A DNA stretch of 64,000 nucleotides from an uncultured delta proteobacterium (GTDB taxonomy: Bacteria; Desulfobacterota; Syntrophia; Syntrophales; Smithellaceae), in the NCBI GenBank assembly GCA_963762595.1, contig CAVXLI010000025.1, positions 90,366 to 154,365 on the forward strand, given 5' to 3'. The number at the start of each line of letters is the position of its first letter. The stretch's first letter is position 1. Below are positions 20,864 through 31,063 of the stretch, in pieces. A program made the position numbers and the translations under genes. Under the pieces are notes generated by a model. It was not told where the DNA came from, ran no database searches, and saw only the letters and a list, made by a program, of their open reading frames with translations.

Positions 20864-21518
20864 TCAAACTATAATATATTTCTTAATGAGCTTGACAACT
20901 TCTTCAGGTTCGTCAATTACTTGAATCAATTCGAGGTCGGCAGGAAGAATTTTACCTTCCTCAAGCATACTTTTTTTCAACCAATCCAACAGGCCCTGCC
21001 AATATTCGCTGCCCATTAAAATCAAGGGAAAGCTTTTGATTCTTTTTGTCTGAATTAAAGTCAGCGCTTCAAAAAACTCATCCATGGTGCCAAAACCGCC
21101 CGGCATGATCACATACGCGACAGCATATTTGACAAACATCACTTTGCGGATAAAAAAATACTTGTAGTCAATATGAATATTGGCATAGGGATTCGGCTTT
21201 TGTTCGAACGGCAGACGAATATTCATGCCTACTGATTTTCCGCCGGCTTCAGCTGGCGCCTTTATTTGCCGCTTCCATAATGCCGGGGCCGCCGCCGGTA
21301 ATTACACTAAAACCATTTTGAGCTAAAAGCCGGGCCAGAATTTCAGTTTTTTTATAGTAAGCGTCATCAGGCTTGACTCTGGCCGAACCGAAAATAGTGA
21401 CGGCATTATGCACTTTGGAAAGAGTTTCAATGGCATCAACAAATTCCGCCATGATGCGAAACATCCGCCATGATTCTTCAATGGATAGTGAATCAATTAC
21501 ATATTGTTTTTCATCCAT
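20864..21518 (-). CDS. LOG-family (TIGR00730) nucleotide phosphoribohydrolase, disrupted as assembled (one frame switch)
   Basis: The motifs are ITGGGPGIMEAANKGA and PGGFGTMDEFFE. Confidence 0.75.
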
Positions 21519-21585
21519 ATGACAATATTATCTCCCTAACTGCAATATATCGAAAATTAAACTTGCAATAGGAACTGTTCCAGTT

Positions 21586-21778
21586 CTAATTACTGCGGCG
21601 TCTTTGAACCTTGGCCAGTCGGCGGCGCGCTTCAATTGTTTTTCTCTTTTTCTTGACGGAAGGCTTTTCATAAGCACGGCGGACTTTCAATTCCTTGAAT
21701 AAGCCGCTTTTCGACAAGTTTGTTTTTCAATATTTTTAAAGCTTTTTCCACGTCATTGTCAATTACCTTTACTTCCAA
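21586..21778 (-). CDS. rpsU: 30S ribosomal protein S21, disrupted as assembled (one frame switch at the T4/A4 run 21708-21711)
   Basis: A TTG start follows the RBS ggagga. The sequence reads EVKVIDNDVEKALKILKNKLVEK, then in the next frame SGLFKELKVRRAYEKPSVKKKRKTIEARRRLAKVQRRRSN. Confidence 0.8.
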
Positions 21779-21839
21779 GTTAATTCCTCCTTATCTTAAT
21801 TGTTTATTTTTTGTTTTCGGAAATCATGGATATTATATA

Positions 21840-22070
21840 CCCGCTTATGCGGGATGAATTCAGCTAACAAATATTACTGCATTGCGTTTGTAATATTTGA
21901 GTTTCATTCATTCGACCAGCAAGTTTCAGCGGTGACGTGACCTTTAGGTTGTGCGCTATATTTCTGAAACTTGGGTCTCATTGCAATTTACCAATTCCGG
22001 CCTGTGACCTCTTGTGACCTTCAGGTTATTAGGTTATACGCTCCGCTTTCGGAATTGGAGTTTCACTAAT
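21840..22070. repeat. Mosaic hairpin-module repeat cluster (locus R4) between hisC and rpsU
   Basis: In minus-strand reading the modules are: a CCAATTCCG..CGGAATTGG hairpin with a 51-nt loop; a CAAGTTTCAG..CTGAAACTTG hairpin containing AACCTAAAGGTCAC; the CAAATATTAC..GTAATATTTG hairpin; the linker ttagctgaattcat; and CCCGCataaGCGGG. Confidence 0.85.
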
Positions 22071-22096
22071 AAAAAAAGGGCAGTACGGCAAAGCCC
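22071..22096 (-). terminator. Weak Rho-independent terminator candidate downstream of hisC
   Basis: On the minus strand, GGGCtttgccgtactGCCC is followed by TTTTTTT. The stem is only 4 bp, so support is weak. Confidence 0.35.
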
Positions 22097-22146
22097 AATA
22101 ATTATCGTGCCGTAAACTACCCTCACAATTTTCAATTAATTTTAAA

Positions 22147-23220
22147 TCACGCTCCTAACTCAGAAATAGCGCTTTTTAAAGACTTTAAAAAAGCCTCGTT
22201 TTCTTTAGGGTTTCCTACTGTAACCCTCATGCAGTTTGGCGTCAGCTGTTGTATTTATATTTTTAATGATAATACCGTCTGCCGCAAGTTTATTATATAT
22301 GCGATCTGAGTCAAAAGCGCAACTAAAAAAAATAAAATTCGCCAGACGAAGGATAAGGCTTAATCCCGGCAACTTCTTTCAAGCCGGAATAAAGCTCTTC
22401 ACGGCTTTTGACTATTTGCAGAACTTGCCGGGAGAATTCATCCTGATTGTCCAGAAAAAAATTAGCCGCTATTTGCTGACAAACAATTAACGTTATATGG
22501 CAATCTAACTTTATCCAATTGAGCGATAATATCTCTATTGCCGATTAAGAAACCAAGGCGCATCGAGGCCAATCCCAATTTGGACAGCGTATTCAAAAAA
22601 ACCAAATTATCGTATTTTTTAAGCAAAGGCAGCAAAGTTCGACCGGAAAAATCGGCATAAGCTTCATCAATGACGACAACTCCTGGAGTTTTCTTAATGA
22701 TGGTCTCTATTTTATCCCGGTTAAAAAGATTACCGGTGGGACTGTTGGGATAACTTAAAAAAATCAAAGAAGGAAAAGTTGATTTAATTTTACTCAGCAT
22801 TGCATCAATATCCAGATCAAATTTCTTATCCAGAGGAACTTCCAACACTTTATTGCCGGTATTGACCGCAATTATCTTGTACATGACAAAAGTAGGAACG
22901 GGAACAAGTACGCCATTTACTTTGCCTTTGAGCGTCATACAAAGCATTTGAATCAGTTCGTCTGATCCGTTGCCCAGCATAATCATATCCTTGTTTACGC
23001 CGTAATACTGGGCAAATCTTTCACGCAATTTAGGCGCTCCGGCTTCAGGATAGCGATTTAAATCAACTTTACCCATTTCTTCCAGGAGTCTTTTCTTTAA
23101 AGGTTCCTGGATAGCTGAAAGGATTCTCGTTGGCGTCCATTTTTATTTCGCCTGTTTGCTCCGGCGCTATATAGCCGCTTTGCTCAAAAATTTCTTTGCT
23201 TACAAATCTCGAAAAATCAT
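22147..23220 (-). CDS. hisC: Histidinol-phosphate aminotransferase, disrupted as assembled (at least three frame switches)
   Basis: The sequence reads IKMDANENPF, then ..LLEEMGKVDLNRYPEAGAPKL.. (ORF 22462-23076, with the YPNSPTGN motif). The reconstructed C-terminus is LRVTVGNPKENEAFLKSLKSAISELGA. The start ATG at 23220 becomes in frame if the T5 run is T6. Confidence 0.75.
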
Positions 23221-23238
23221 GGCGATAAACAACCTGTC

Positions 23239-24057
23239 TTATATGTTATTTTTTCCGTTCATATTCCAGTTCACATCATTATATTTTTTTATCAATTCAT
23301 TTTTCAGTTTTTCTTCCGCTGATGTTGCGGTATCTTCCGCCAATTCTATACCCAGTTCATCGGTAAAGCCTTTTTTCAATTGTAAACAAAATTCGTGAAT
23401 ATCAACCGGCGAAATAAGTTCTTCATTGATTGCAGTCACTGCTTTTCTTAGTTTCTCTAATTGCTCCCAGGTACGTGCAGGCAGCAATAAAGAGGCTGTT
23501 TTTTCCGGATCAAAAGCCAAAAGCAATGAACCATGCTGTAAAAATCCACCTCTTTTCCTCACTTGAGCGCTGCCGCAAATCTTACGTCCTCCCAACCAAA
23601 AGTTCGTTTTTTGAAGGAACAGAAAAGCAGCAGGATTTAAATTCTTCTCCTGCCCCGGCACGGCCGCCTTCAGCCAAATCCGCCTTTATTCCCAAATAAG
23701 ACAGGCCTCGAGCAATGCATTGACTGATTACCTTATATGTTCCGGCAATATCAGCGAGGAAATATTTTTTCCTGATCTCCGGCTACGACACAATAAGTAA
23801 TTTCATTAAAGTGGAAAACGGCTTTGCCGCCCGTTATCCTTCTGACAACATCAACTCCGGCCTTGCTGACATTTTTCGATATTAACTTCTCTTCTTACAT
23901 CCTGAAAATAACCGATGGAAACTGCCGCCGGATGAGATCTGTAAAATCTAATCGTAGGAGGTTTTTTATTTTTTATGGTTTCATGAAAAATGGCCTCATC
24001 TATGGCCATGTTTTCAAAAATATTGTGAATTTGAAAATTCAACAATCTCCATACCAT
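23239..24057 (-). CDS. Lipoate-protein ligase / octanoyltransferase family (BPL_LplA_LipB domain), disrupted as assembled (several frame switches)
   Basis: The N-terminus (NMAIDEAIF..PTIRFY) is in ORF 23851-24057. The C-terminus (KICGSAQVRKRGGFLQHGSLLL) is in ORF 23239-23661. Confidence 0.65.
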
Positions 24058-24103
24058 AAAATGAACTTTCTTGCTGCAAGCAGTAGGGGTACCTGACCCA
24101 AAA

Positions 24104-24257
24104 TATCCCGAAGCGCTTCGCTTAGGGGATCAATTCCGCTAACACTTCAAACTTCACTTCGTTCGTTTTCAGCGAGCGTCTATCCCCGTGCGCTTCGCTT
24201 AGGGGATCAATTCCGCTAACACTTCAAACTTCACTTCGTTCGTTTTCAGCGAGCGTC
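24104..24257. repeat. Tandem direct repeat, 2 x 77 bp, of a two-module unit of the mosaic family (locus R3)
   Basis: Positions 24104-24180 and 24181-24257 differ at 3 positions, all in the ATCCC(C)..GGGGAT stem-loop. The reverse complement reads ctcgctgaaaac..gtttgaagtg + ttagcggaattgat + cccctaagcgaagcgcacgggg. Confidence 0.9.
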
Positions 24258-24662
24258 ATTGATTAATCGCTCTCTCTTCTTGCGTTATAAAATCATGATA
24301 AGCAGCAGCAACAAGAAGGTCTTCCAGTTGTTCCAGGTCGTCCATTTCAATGACAACCAGCCATCCCGTATCATGAGGATCACTGTTTATTATGCCTGAT
24401 ATCTTCATTAATATCTTCATTAATATTTACAACAGTGCCGCTAACGGGAGAAATTAAATCCACCACCGTCTTTAGTAGATTCGATGGAACCAAATGTTTC
24501 GTCACGCTCCACATAAGTATCAATTTCAGTAAATTCAACTGATAAAATTTCCCCCAGACTTTCCTGAGCGTAATCAGTAATCCCTATCGTGGCCATATTC
24601 CCGTCAACCCGCACCCATATATGCTCGCGACTATATAGTATATCTTCCGGAAAAACTTTCAT
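24256..24662 (-). CDS. gcvH: Glycine cleavage system H protein, disrupted as assembled (two frame switches); contains a 12-bp tandem duplication
   Basis: The sequence reads HIWVRVDGNMATIGITDYAQ..SIESTK, then VVDLISPVSGTVVNINEDINEDI, then GIINSDPHDTGWLVVIE. The stop TGA is at 24256-24258. Confidence 0.75.
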
Positions 24663-24681
24663 GACAGCATAACCTCTGCAT

Positions 24682-25768
24682 TTATTCTATAATGATAAGT
24701 TCTTTATCCATTTTTGTAAGTTTTTCGCAACTATTTTCTTTCACTAGAACAGTATCCTCAATTCTGATGCCCCAAAGCCCGGGAAAATATAGTCCAGGCT
24801 CAACTGTAACCACCATTTTCGCCTTTAAAATATCCTTGGAATTTGATGCAAGACGCGGTGCTTCATGAACTTCCAGACCGACGCCGTGTCCTGTTCCATG
24901 AGAAAAATACCGGCTATATTTTTCTCCGAAAGCGCTGCGCGCACAATTATCAATATCAGCGGCGGAAATATTCGCTTTGATGATGGCGATGGCTCGATCA
25001 TGAGCATTCTTGACTGATTGATAAGCATTCTTTTGCTTCATCTGTCAATTCCCCAAAAGCAATAGTACAGGTTTCGTCAGAACAATATCCTTTGTACTTT
25101 ACGCCAAAATCAATGACAATAAAATCTCCCTTTTTAATTTTTCTATTAGTCGGCCGGGCATGCGGAAGAGCAGAGTTTGCTCCCGCAGCTACAATCGTTT
25201 CAAAAGCAAGTTGATCGGCGCCTGATTTTCGCGCATTAAATTCCAGTTGCAGAGCTAAATCTTTTTCTGTACAGCCGGGCTTTATTTGAGCGATAAGGGA
25301 AAGAATAGCAGATGAAGAAATTTCCGCGGCTTTTTTCATTAGCGCTATTTCCGTTTCATCTTTGCGCGCTCTGATTAATCTCAGTTCGTCAGCTAAAGGC
25401 ACAAACACCTCGTTGTGCAGGCATTTGGTTAACTTGTTATACATTTCAACAGTTATAAAGTCCGCCTCGAAGCCGATATTTTTTAAGTTGTAATCTTTTA
25501 TTGCTTGAGTAATTCCTTCAATTTTATCCTTATATTCGATTATTTGGATATCAGTCACTTCCAAGGCGGCTTGAGCGGTATAGCGACCGTCAACAAGTAA
25601 GATTGTCGTGCCGGAGTTAATTAAAAGAACGCCATCACTGCCGGTAAATCCCGAAAAAAAACGGATATTACTCATGTTTAAAAAAATTATACTGTCGACT
25701 TTATAATCGGGAAACTTATGGCGAATGAGGGAAATCCTGGCCGGGGGAATTTTATTTTTCTGCTGCAT
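24682..25768 (-). CDS. M24-family Xaa-Pro aminopeptidase, disrupted as assembled (one frame switch near 25000-25040)
   Basis: ORF 24998-25768 holds the creatinase-like N-domain and DFGVKYKGYCSD. ORF 24682-25041 holds HGTGHGVGLEVHE and IRIEDTV. Confidence 0.75.
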
Positions 25769-26444
25769 TTTTCTTTAACTTGGTGATGTTTTCCAGCCAG
25801 CAGGACAGCGTTTTAGCTAAATTTTCGAGTTGAACAATATCCCCGTTTACCGAAGATTTTAAAGCTATCGCAGTTGTTACCGTATCCAGCTTTGCTTTGG
25901 CTAGAACATTTTCCGGTTCCTTTTCCAGTATTTTTTCGAGAACTTCCGCGGCCATTTTAAAGTGACCCTGCTTGATATAGAGGTCCGCTAAAGTAACTGT
26001 GTAGAATTCCGGCTTGGGGGTATTCTCGTTATCTGTCGAGTCAATTTCCGTAATAAGGGGTTCTTCTTGCTCGAGAAGGGATATTTTTCGAACTACTTCT
26101 TTTGCCTTATCGGAAGTTGGGTTCAAGGAAATGTACTTCTGATAACAAATAACCGCGTCTCTATAAAAACCTTTTTCCCCGTAGATATCACCCATCCGGA
26201 CATAAATTAGAGATAAACCGGAAATAATGTCCTCTACTTCCTGCAAAATATTCCTGGCTTCATCAACTCTTCCCATGCCGATGAAAACATTGCCGGCGAT
26301 AACACGGGCATCAACGTCTAAAGGAACGCGCTTCAGCCGCTCTTCGGCAAGAAGAAGAGCTTCGGGCAATTTGTTCTGTTGCAGAAGAATTTCTGCTTCG
26401 CCAAGAAAATTTACGCGATCTTTTTCAGAATCATTATTTTCCAT
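25752..26444 (-). CDS. TPR-repeat protein
   Basis: This is an intact 230-aa ORF with recognisable TPR helices. It overlaps the downstream peptidase start. Confidence 0.6.
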   Translation of the reverse strand: MENNDSEKDRVNFLGEAEILLQQNKLPEALLLAEERLKRVPLDVDARVIAGNVFIGMGRVDEARNILQEVEDIISGLSLIYVRMGDIYGEKGFYRDAVICYQKYISLNPTSDKAKEVVRKISLLEQEEPLITEIDSTDNENTPKPEFYTVTLADLYIKQGHFKMAAEVLEKILEKEPENVLAKAKLDTVTTAIALKSSVNGDIVQLENLAKTLSCWLENITKLKKNAAEK

Positions 26445-26551
26445 ATTTATGAGCTAAATAATTAAATATAAAAGGGTTAATTATTTGGTACGTAGCATAT
26501 ACGGCTAGCGCGTGTCAAGGTTGTAAAGAAATTAAAGTGTATTCTGCCGGA

Positions 26552-27325
26552 TTATTTCAGGGACTGTAAATAAGTCTTAGCTTTCTTCCCGAAAGCAGAT
26601 TGTGGAGATAATTTAACGACGGCCTGAAATGATTTTTTTGCGTTTGCTTTGTCTTGAATTTTCAGGTAACACTCGCCCAGCAAAAATTGCGCATCATAAA
26701 GATTGGGATTTAATTCAATTGATTTTTTGAAATGTTGTATCGCATCGGGAATATTGGACTGATCAAAATAAACAAGAGCGATATTTTTTTCGATTTGCGG
26801 CCGTAACATGGTCATGGGTTCTTTTTGAAGAGCTTGACGATAACTAGCCATTGCCTTGGAATAGTCTTTCTTTGAATAATAAGCCCATCCCGCGTTATAC
26901 AGCGGCACTGCCGGGGTGTCATAAAGTTGATTGGCAAGAGCTTTATTGAATTCCTCGATTGCTTTGTCCCAAAGCCCTTCGTCGGAATAAAGCGTACCCA
27001 GGTAATTATGCGCTTCCGAATAGTCATCCTTTAGAGAAATTGCCTTTTGAAATTCTTCTTTGGCTTTTTCTTTCATATCCTTCATATGATAACACATGCC
27101 CATGTAATAATGAACTAGGTGATCACTGGAATTGTATTTTTCCGCCTCCAGCAATTCCTTCAAGGCGTTATTATATTGTTTGAGATCGATAAGGGAAATT
27201 CCTTTGTTGAGAAATAGCTCCGACTGTTCTTTATCCCAGGCAGTCGTGCAAGCCCCAATCAGTAATAATATGCATAAAAAAACAATCAAATTTATTCTGT
27301 TTATATAAGACATCATCAATGCCAC
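26552..27325 (-). CDS. TPR lipoprotein, PilW/PilF-type type IV pilus biogenesis factor candidate
   Basis: It has the signal peptide and lipobox LLIGAC and about 6 TPRs. It lies immediately downstream of pilQ. Confidence 0.6.
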   Translation of the reverse strand: MALMMSYINRINLIVFLCILLLIGACTTAWDKEQSELFLNKGISLIDLKQYNNALKELLEAEKYNSSDHLVHYYMGMCYHMKDMKEKAKEEFQKAISLKDDYSEAHNYLGTLYSDEGLWDKAIEEFNKALANQLYDTPAVPLYNAGWAYYSKKDYSKAMASYRQALQKEPMTMLRPQIEKNIALVYFDQSNIPDAIQHFKKSIELNPNLYDAQFLLGECYLKIQDKANAKKSFQAVVKLSPQSAFGKKAKTYLQSLK

Positions 27326-27412
27326 CCATACAAGAATTATGCTTTAAACAAACATTAAATATGCAAGAAATTCAAAACCTATCACTAAATACTTTATAAA
27401 CAGCAAAGGACC

Positions 27413-29239
27413 TTAATTGACGACTTTTTCGGCACTCTCGGCAAATCCATCACCTTTTAATATTTTCGGAGTGATGAAAACTAAAAGTTGCTTTTTGTTC
27501 CTAGTTATTTTTTCGTTTTTAAACAACCACCCCAATACAGGAATTTTGTAAAACCAGGGGACACCGGTGGTAGATCTTTCATCTTGCTCCCTGGAAACCC
27601 CGCCAATTACTACCGTATCGCCGTCTTGAATGACAACGTTTGATTCCACTTCATTTTTATGTATGGGAGGATTTCCAAAAAGTTTTTCGGCCAGTGCATA
27701 ATCAGCCACTTGATTGCCGGCCTTTATAACCATTGATATCTTTCCTTCTTCCGTTATTTTCGGCCTAACTTCCAGCTTTAATACGGCTTCTTTAAAAGTA
27801 ACAGTTGTGGTGATGCCTTGCGTTGTCACAGTTTGAGTTATGTAGGGGATTTCATCGCCCTGCAAGATTGTGGCTTTTACATCGTCCATAGTCACCACTT
27901 TGGGAGCAGAAAGAACCTTTCCTGTCGTGGTAGATTCCATAGCAGCAAGCTGGGCTTCGAGAAAAGCCGATCCCGCGCCAAATACCATACCGAAAGTCGG
28001 AGATGCCAGCACCGCCGGCATATTGATCGCGGCCATATAAAAAGGGGTTAAAAGACTAGATCCATCAAGTTGAGGGGGATATGCACCTTCCCTGGTCCTT
28101 GTAAATAGTGGATTAGGGGATAAAGAACCAGTGCCGCCCATAATTCTCGAACCATAAGAACCAATTGATTGGTTGCCGCCAAATCCCCAGGTAATACCGA
28201 GATTTCTGACAAAATCCTCACTTGCTTCGACAATTTTTGCTTCAATTAGTATTTGTCGTAATTTCCCCTTTTCCGCCAAAATCTTCAGCTCTCTCGCTCT
28301 ACGTTCTTCTTCGGCTAAACGCTGATCTTTTTCCGCGTCTTTTTTATCTCTTTCATCTTTTTTCTTTCTTTCCAGAGTCATTACACTGATAACATCTCCC
28401 ATTTGTTTTTTGGTTAAACCATGGATGTCTAATATGGCGTCGAGGGCTTGTTCCCACGGTACATTTTTCATAGTTAAAGTTACATTACCTTTCACATCAT
28501 CGCCCGAAACAATGCTTATATTACCGGCTTCCGCCATAAGTCGTAAGACACTTTGTATGGTTGCATCTTGGAAATCAATAGATATTATCCGATCTGTATA
28601 TCTTTTAATAATTTCTTTTTTAACCGGTTTTGCTTTGATTGCTTCACCTTCCGCGGTATCATCGCTACTTTTTGCCGTTTCCGCGGTAACTTTTGCGAGC
28701 ACTTTTTTCTTTGCTGTTACTTCCGGAATCTTATCCTTGACAATAGGAGAAACAGGAGGTTTCTTTTCGACTAAAGAGGAGATATTAAAATCTATCAATA
28801 TATTTTGCCCTTCTTGCTTTATCGCGTAAGGGACAATTTCTTTAATGTCAATAGTTAAGTAAATCCATTGTTTGCCTTCTGCCAATTGTTGCGACGGAGT
28901 TACGCGTAAAATATTATTTAACTCTCCCTCTCCTAACTGACGCTGCAGATTTTCAGGGGCAGATGTATTTTCCAGCTTGACCAGTAAACTTCCATTTGTT
29001 TGCCCTTCTACCTTAATGACCGGTTGATGTGACACGATAAGACTAATTCTTTCTTTGCCCGGCAGTTTTTCAAATGAAACGTTTTCTAAATAACTTATTT
29101 TAGGGGCTGGAGCCTCTATTTTTTTATCTGCCGACTTGCCTTGATCGGCTTCTTCGGCAACAGAGGAAATAACAGCCATGTATGCTGAAATTCCCAAAAT
29201 AATAAATATGGAAATTATTTTTAATAAATATTTTTTCAT
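27413..29239 (-). CDS. pilQ: Type IV pilus secretin PilQ (AMIN domain plus secretin domain)
   Basis: This is an intact 608-aa ORF whose C-terminus reads VPWFYKIPVLGWLFK..LLVFITPKIL. It is the last gene of pilMNOPQ. Confidence 0.85.
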   Translation of the reverse strand: MKKYLLKIISIFIILGISAYMAVISSVAEEADQGKSADKKIEAPAPKISYLENVSFEKLPGKERISLIVSHQPVIKVEGQTNGSLLVKLENTSAPENLQRQLGEGELNNILRVTPSQQLAEGKQWIYLTIDIKEIVPYAIKQEGQNILIDFNISSLVEKKPPVSPIVKDKIPEVTAKKKVLAKVTAETAKSSDDTAEGEAIKAKPVKKEIIKRYTDRIISIDFQDATIQSVLRLMAEAGNISIVSGDDVKGNVTLTMKNVPWEQALDAILDIHGLTKKQMGDVISVMTLERKKKDERDKKDAEKDQRLAEEERRARELKILAEKGKLRQILIEAKIVEASEDFVRNLGITWGFGGNQSIGSYGSRIMGGTGSLSPNPLFTRTREGAYPPQLDGSSLLTPFYMAAINMPAVLASPTFGMVFGAGSAFLEAQLAAMESTTTGKVLSAPKVVTMDDVKATILQGDEIPYITQTVTTQGITTTVTFKEAVLKLEVRPKITEEGKISMVIKAGNQVADYALAEKLFGNPPIHKNEVESNVVIQDGDTVVIGGVSREQDERSTTGVPWFYKIPVLGWLFKNEKITRNKKQLLVFITPKILKGDGFAESAEKVVN

Positions 29240-29254
29240 GGTCTTTACCTCATT

Positions 29255-29774
29255 TTAATTTTTGCGAAGTTTTAAAATAATTCTTTTTGCCTTTTTTGAT
29301 TCATTTTCTTCCACGATGACGCGATCAGCCATAATTTCGATTACTTTGCCGTTATGTAAACCAATATGCGTTCCGGTGAATAATGGATAGAACTTTTTTG
29401 CCGTATCTTCAACAATAGCTACGCGGCGCATGTTGATCGCCGGCAATTCCCACTACTCTGAATTTTTCGGTTGCCAATCTCTGCAGGGGGAAAATAGAAG
29501 ACAAATCCTTTTTTTCCTCCTTTTTTTTCGTGGCGACTTCTATCTCAACAAAAGGCCGGAAGGGATCTGAATTTATGGAAGGTTTATAGCTATAAGTATT
29601 TTCCTGTGTTTGCGCAGCCGGAGCAGACTGTTGCGGTTGAGGTTGGGTTGCGACAGGTGCTGCAGCTGTGGGAGGAGTCGCATTTAAAATATTTTTCTCT
29701 TCAGCAGCAAAAACATAAGCGGCAACAATAAAAATACTGATAACAATGTTGGAAATTATGAGCCTTTTTTTCAT
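29255..29774 (-). CDS. pilP: Type IV pilus assembly protein PilP, disrupted as assembled (one frame switch near 29410-29446)
   Basis: It has a signal peptide, a Pro/Gln-rich linker, DPFRPF, and a C-terminal beta domain in ORF 29255-29446. Confidence 0.7.
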
Positions 29775-30511
29775 TTTCTTTTTTCGCCAATTTTCTCTTT
29801 TTTATCGACAAACATGTACGTTTTGATCGTACAGGATGCTGTGATAACATATCCCCGTCCTTTTACATCCTTTCTATCGCCCATGGTAATGTCAGAAATG
29901 TTGATAATGCGCGGTAATTTGGCTACTTTTTCAAAAAAGTAAACAATATTCTGAAAAGTACCCATTACCGACACCCCCACAGGTATTTCTTCGTAAAAAG
30001 GTTCAGGTTCTGGTGCGGGAGCTTTCTTGCCGTCTGCAGGTTTGGTGGTGCCAGCCGCCGGTTTCTTTTCAACTTGCTTTTGATCGGAAAGCTTAAATAA
30101 TGACGCAGCCTTTGGATCTTCGGAGGGTGTTTTATCAAACGGTTTCGGTACAGCAGCTTTCGGTTCAAATAATAAAAACTCAATTCCTGCATCTTTACCT
30201 GACAGTGCAACAGAATGAAAAAGGCCGGGGATTTCCCGCTGGTCGGGAAGTTTTTGTAAAGCAACCTTATAATCTTCTTTTAATGCTGCAACATCAGCCA
30301 TGTACTTATTAAGCTGTAAAGCAATTTTCTCTTTTTCTTTAATTTGCACTTGCATTTCTTCTAATTTCTTATCGAGGGTAACTTTCTTTGACAGTGCGTC
30401 ACTAAAAAAAAGAAAGTAGTATAAATAACCAATAATAAAAAAAATCAAAATTATGGCCAATGCCTTAGCCTGAGGAGACATTTTTTTTATGTCATTCAAT
30501 GTAATGGCCAT
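29771..30511 (-). CDS. pilO: Type IV pilus assembly protein PilO
   Basis: This is an intact 246-aa ORF with an N-terminal TM segment and a coiled coil, in the expected position in the pilMNOPQ order. Confidence 0.75.
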   Translation of the reverse strand: MAITLNDIKKMSPQAKALAIILIFFIIGYLYYFLFFSDALSKKVTLDKKLEEMQVQIKEKEKIALQLNKYMADVAALKEDYKVALQKLPDQREIPGLFHSVALSGKDAGIEFLLFEPKAAVPKPFDKTPSEDPKAASLFKLSDQKQVEKKPAAGTTKPADGKKAPAPEPEPFYEEIPVGVSVMGTFQNIVYFFEKVAKLPRIINISDITMGDRKDVKGRGYVITASCTIKTYMFVDKKEKIGEKRK

Positions 30512-30514
30512 ATG

Positions 30515-31063
30515 TTAGAATCCTTTTTTCATGACACATGAAAAATTAAAATGTTGGAGGGTAATGCCGGAAATCTCTGTCTTTTTTGAAGATATCAAAT
30601 CTACCGATTTTATCGGATCAAATTTTTCAATAGTTTTCATAAAATCGGCTACGGCTATATTGTCCCTTCCGTTTCCTTCAATTGTTAGATTGCTGCCTTT
30701 TTGGGTTAATTTGATCAGCCAAATATTTTTTAATGGAACCAGCGCAGCCAGGTCATCCAGGGTCTTTACCGGAGCTAAACGGTTTTCCTCTAATGTTTTA
30801 ATTACACTTAGTTTCTGTTCCAACTCCCTTTTATCGTTTTTGAATCTTTCTAGGTCGCCTATTTTTTTATTTAAATCGACAAGAGTGTTTTTCGAGTCTT
30901 TTTCCTGGGCCTCCAAGTTGCTTATTAAAGAGTTCATCCAAAGTTGCAGCCAAACAAGACAAAGAATAAAGAAAACAAATGAACCTATAATAATGGATAC
31001 TTGCCGTGAGAGATTTTCTTTCTTTTCCTTTTCGTGGTAAGGTAAAAGGTTAATTTTAATCAT
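30515..31063 (-). CDS. pilN: Type IV pilus assembly protein PilN
   Basis: The N-terminus is MIKINLLPY, followed by a TM segment. The ORF is an intact 182 aa. Confidence 0.8.
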   Translation of the reverse strand: MIKINLLPYHEKEKKENLSRQVSIIIGSFVFFILCLVWLQLWMNSLISNLEAQEKDSKNTLVDLNKKIGDLERFKNDKRELEQKLSVIKTLEENRLAPVKTLDDLAALVPLKNIWLIKLTQKGSNLTIEGNGRDNIAVADFMKTIEKFDPIKSVDLISSKKTEISGITLQHFNFSCVMKKGF

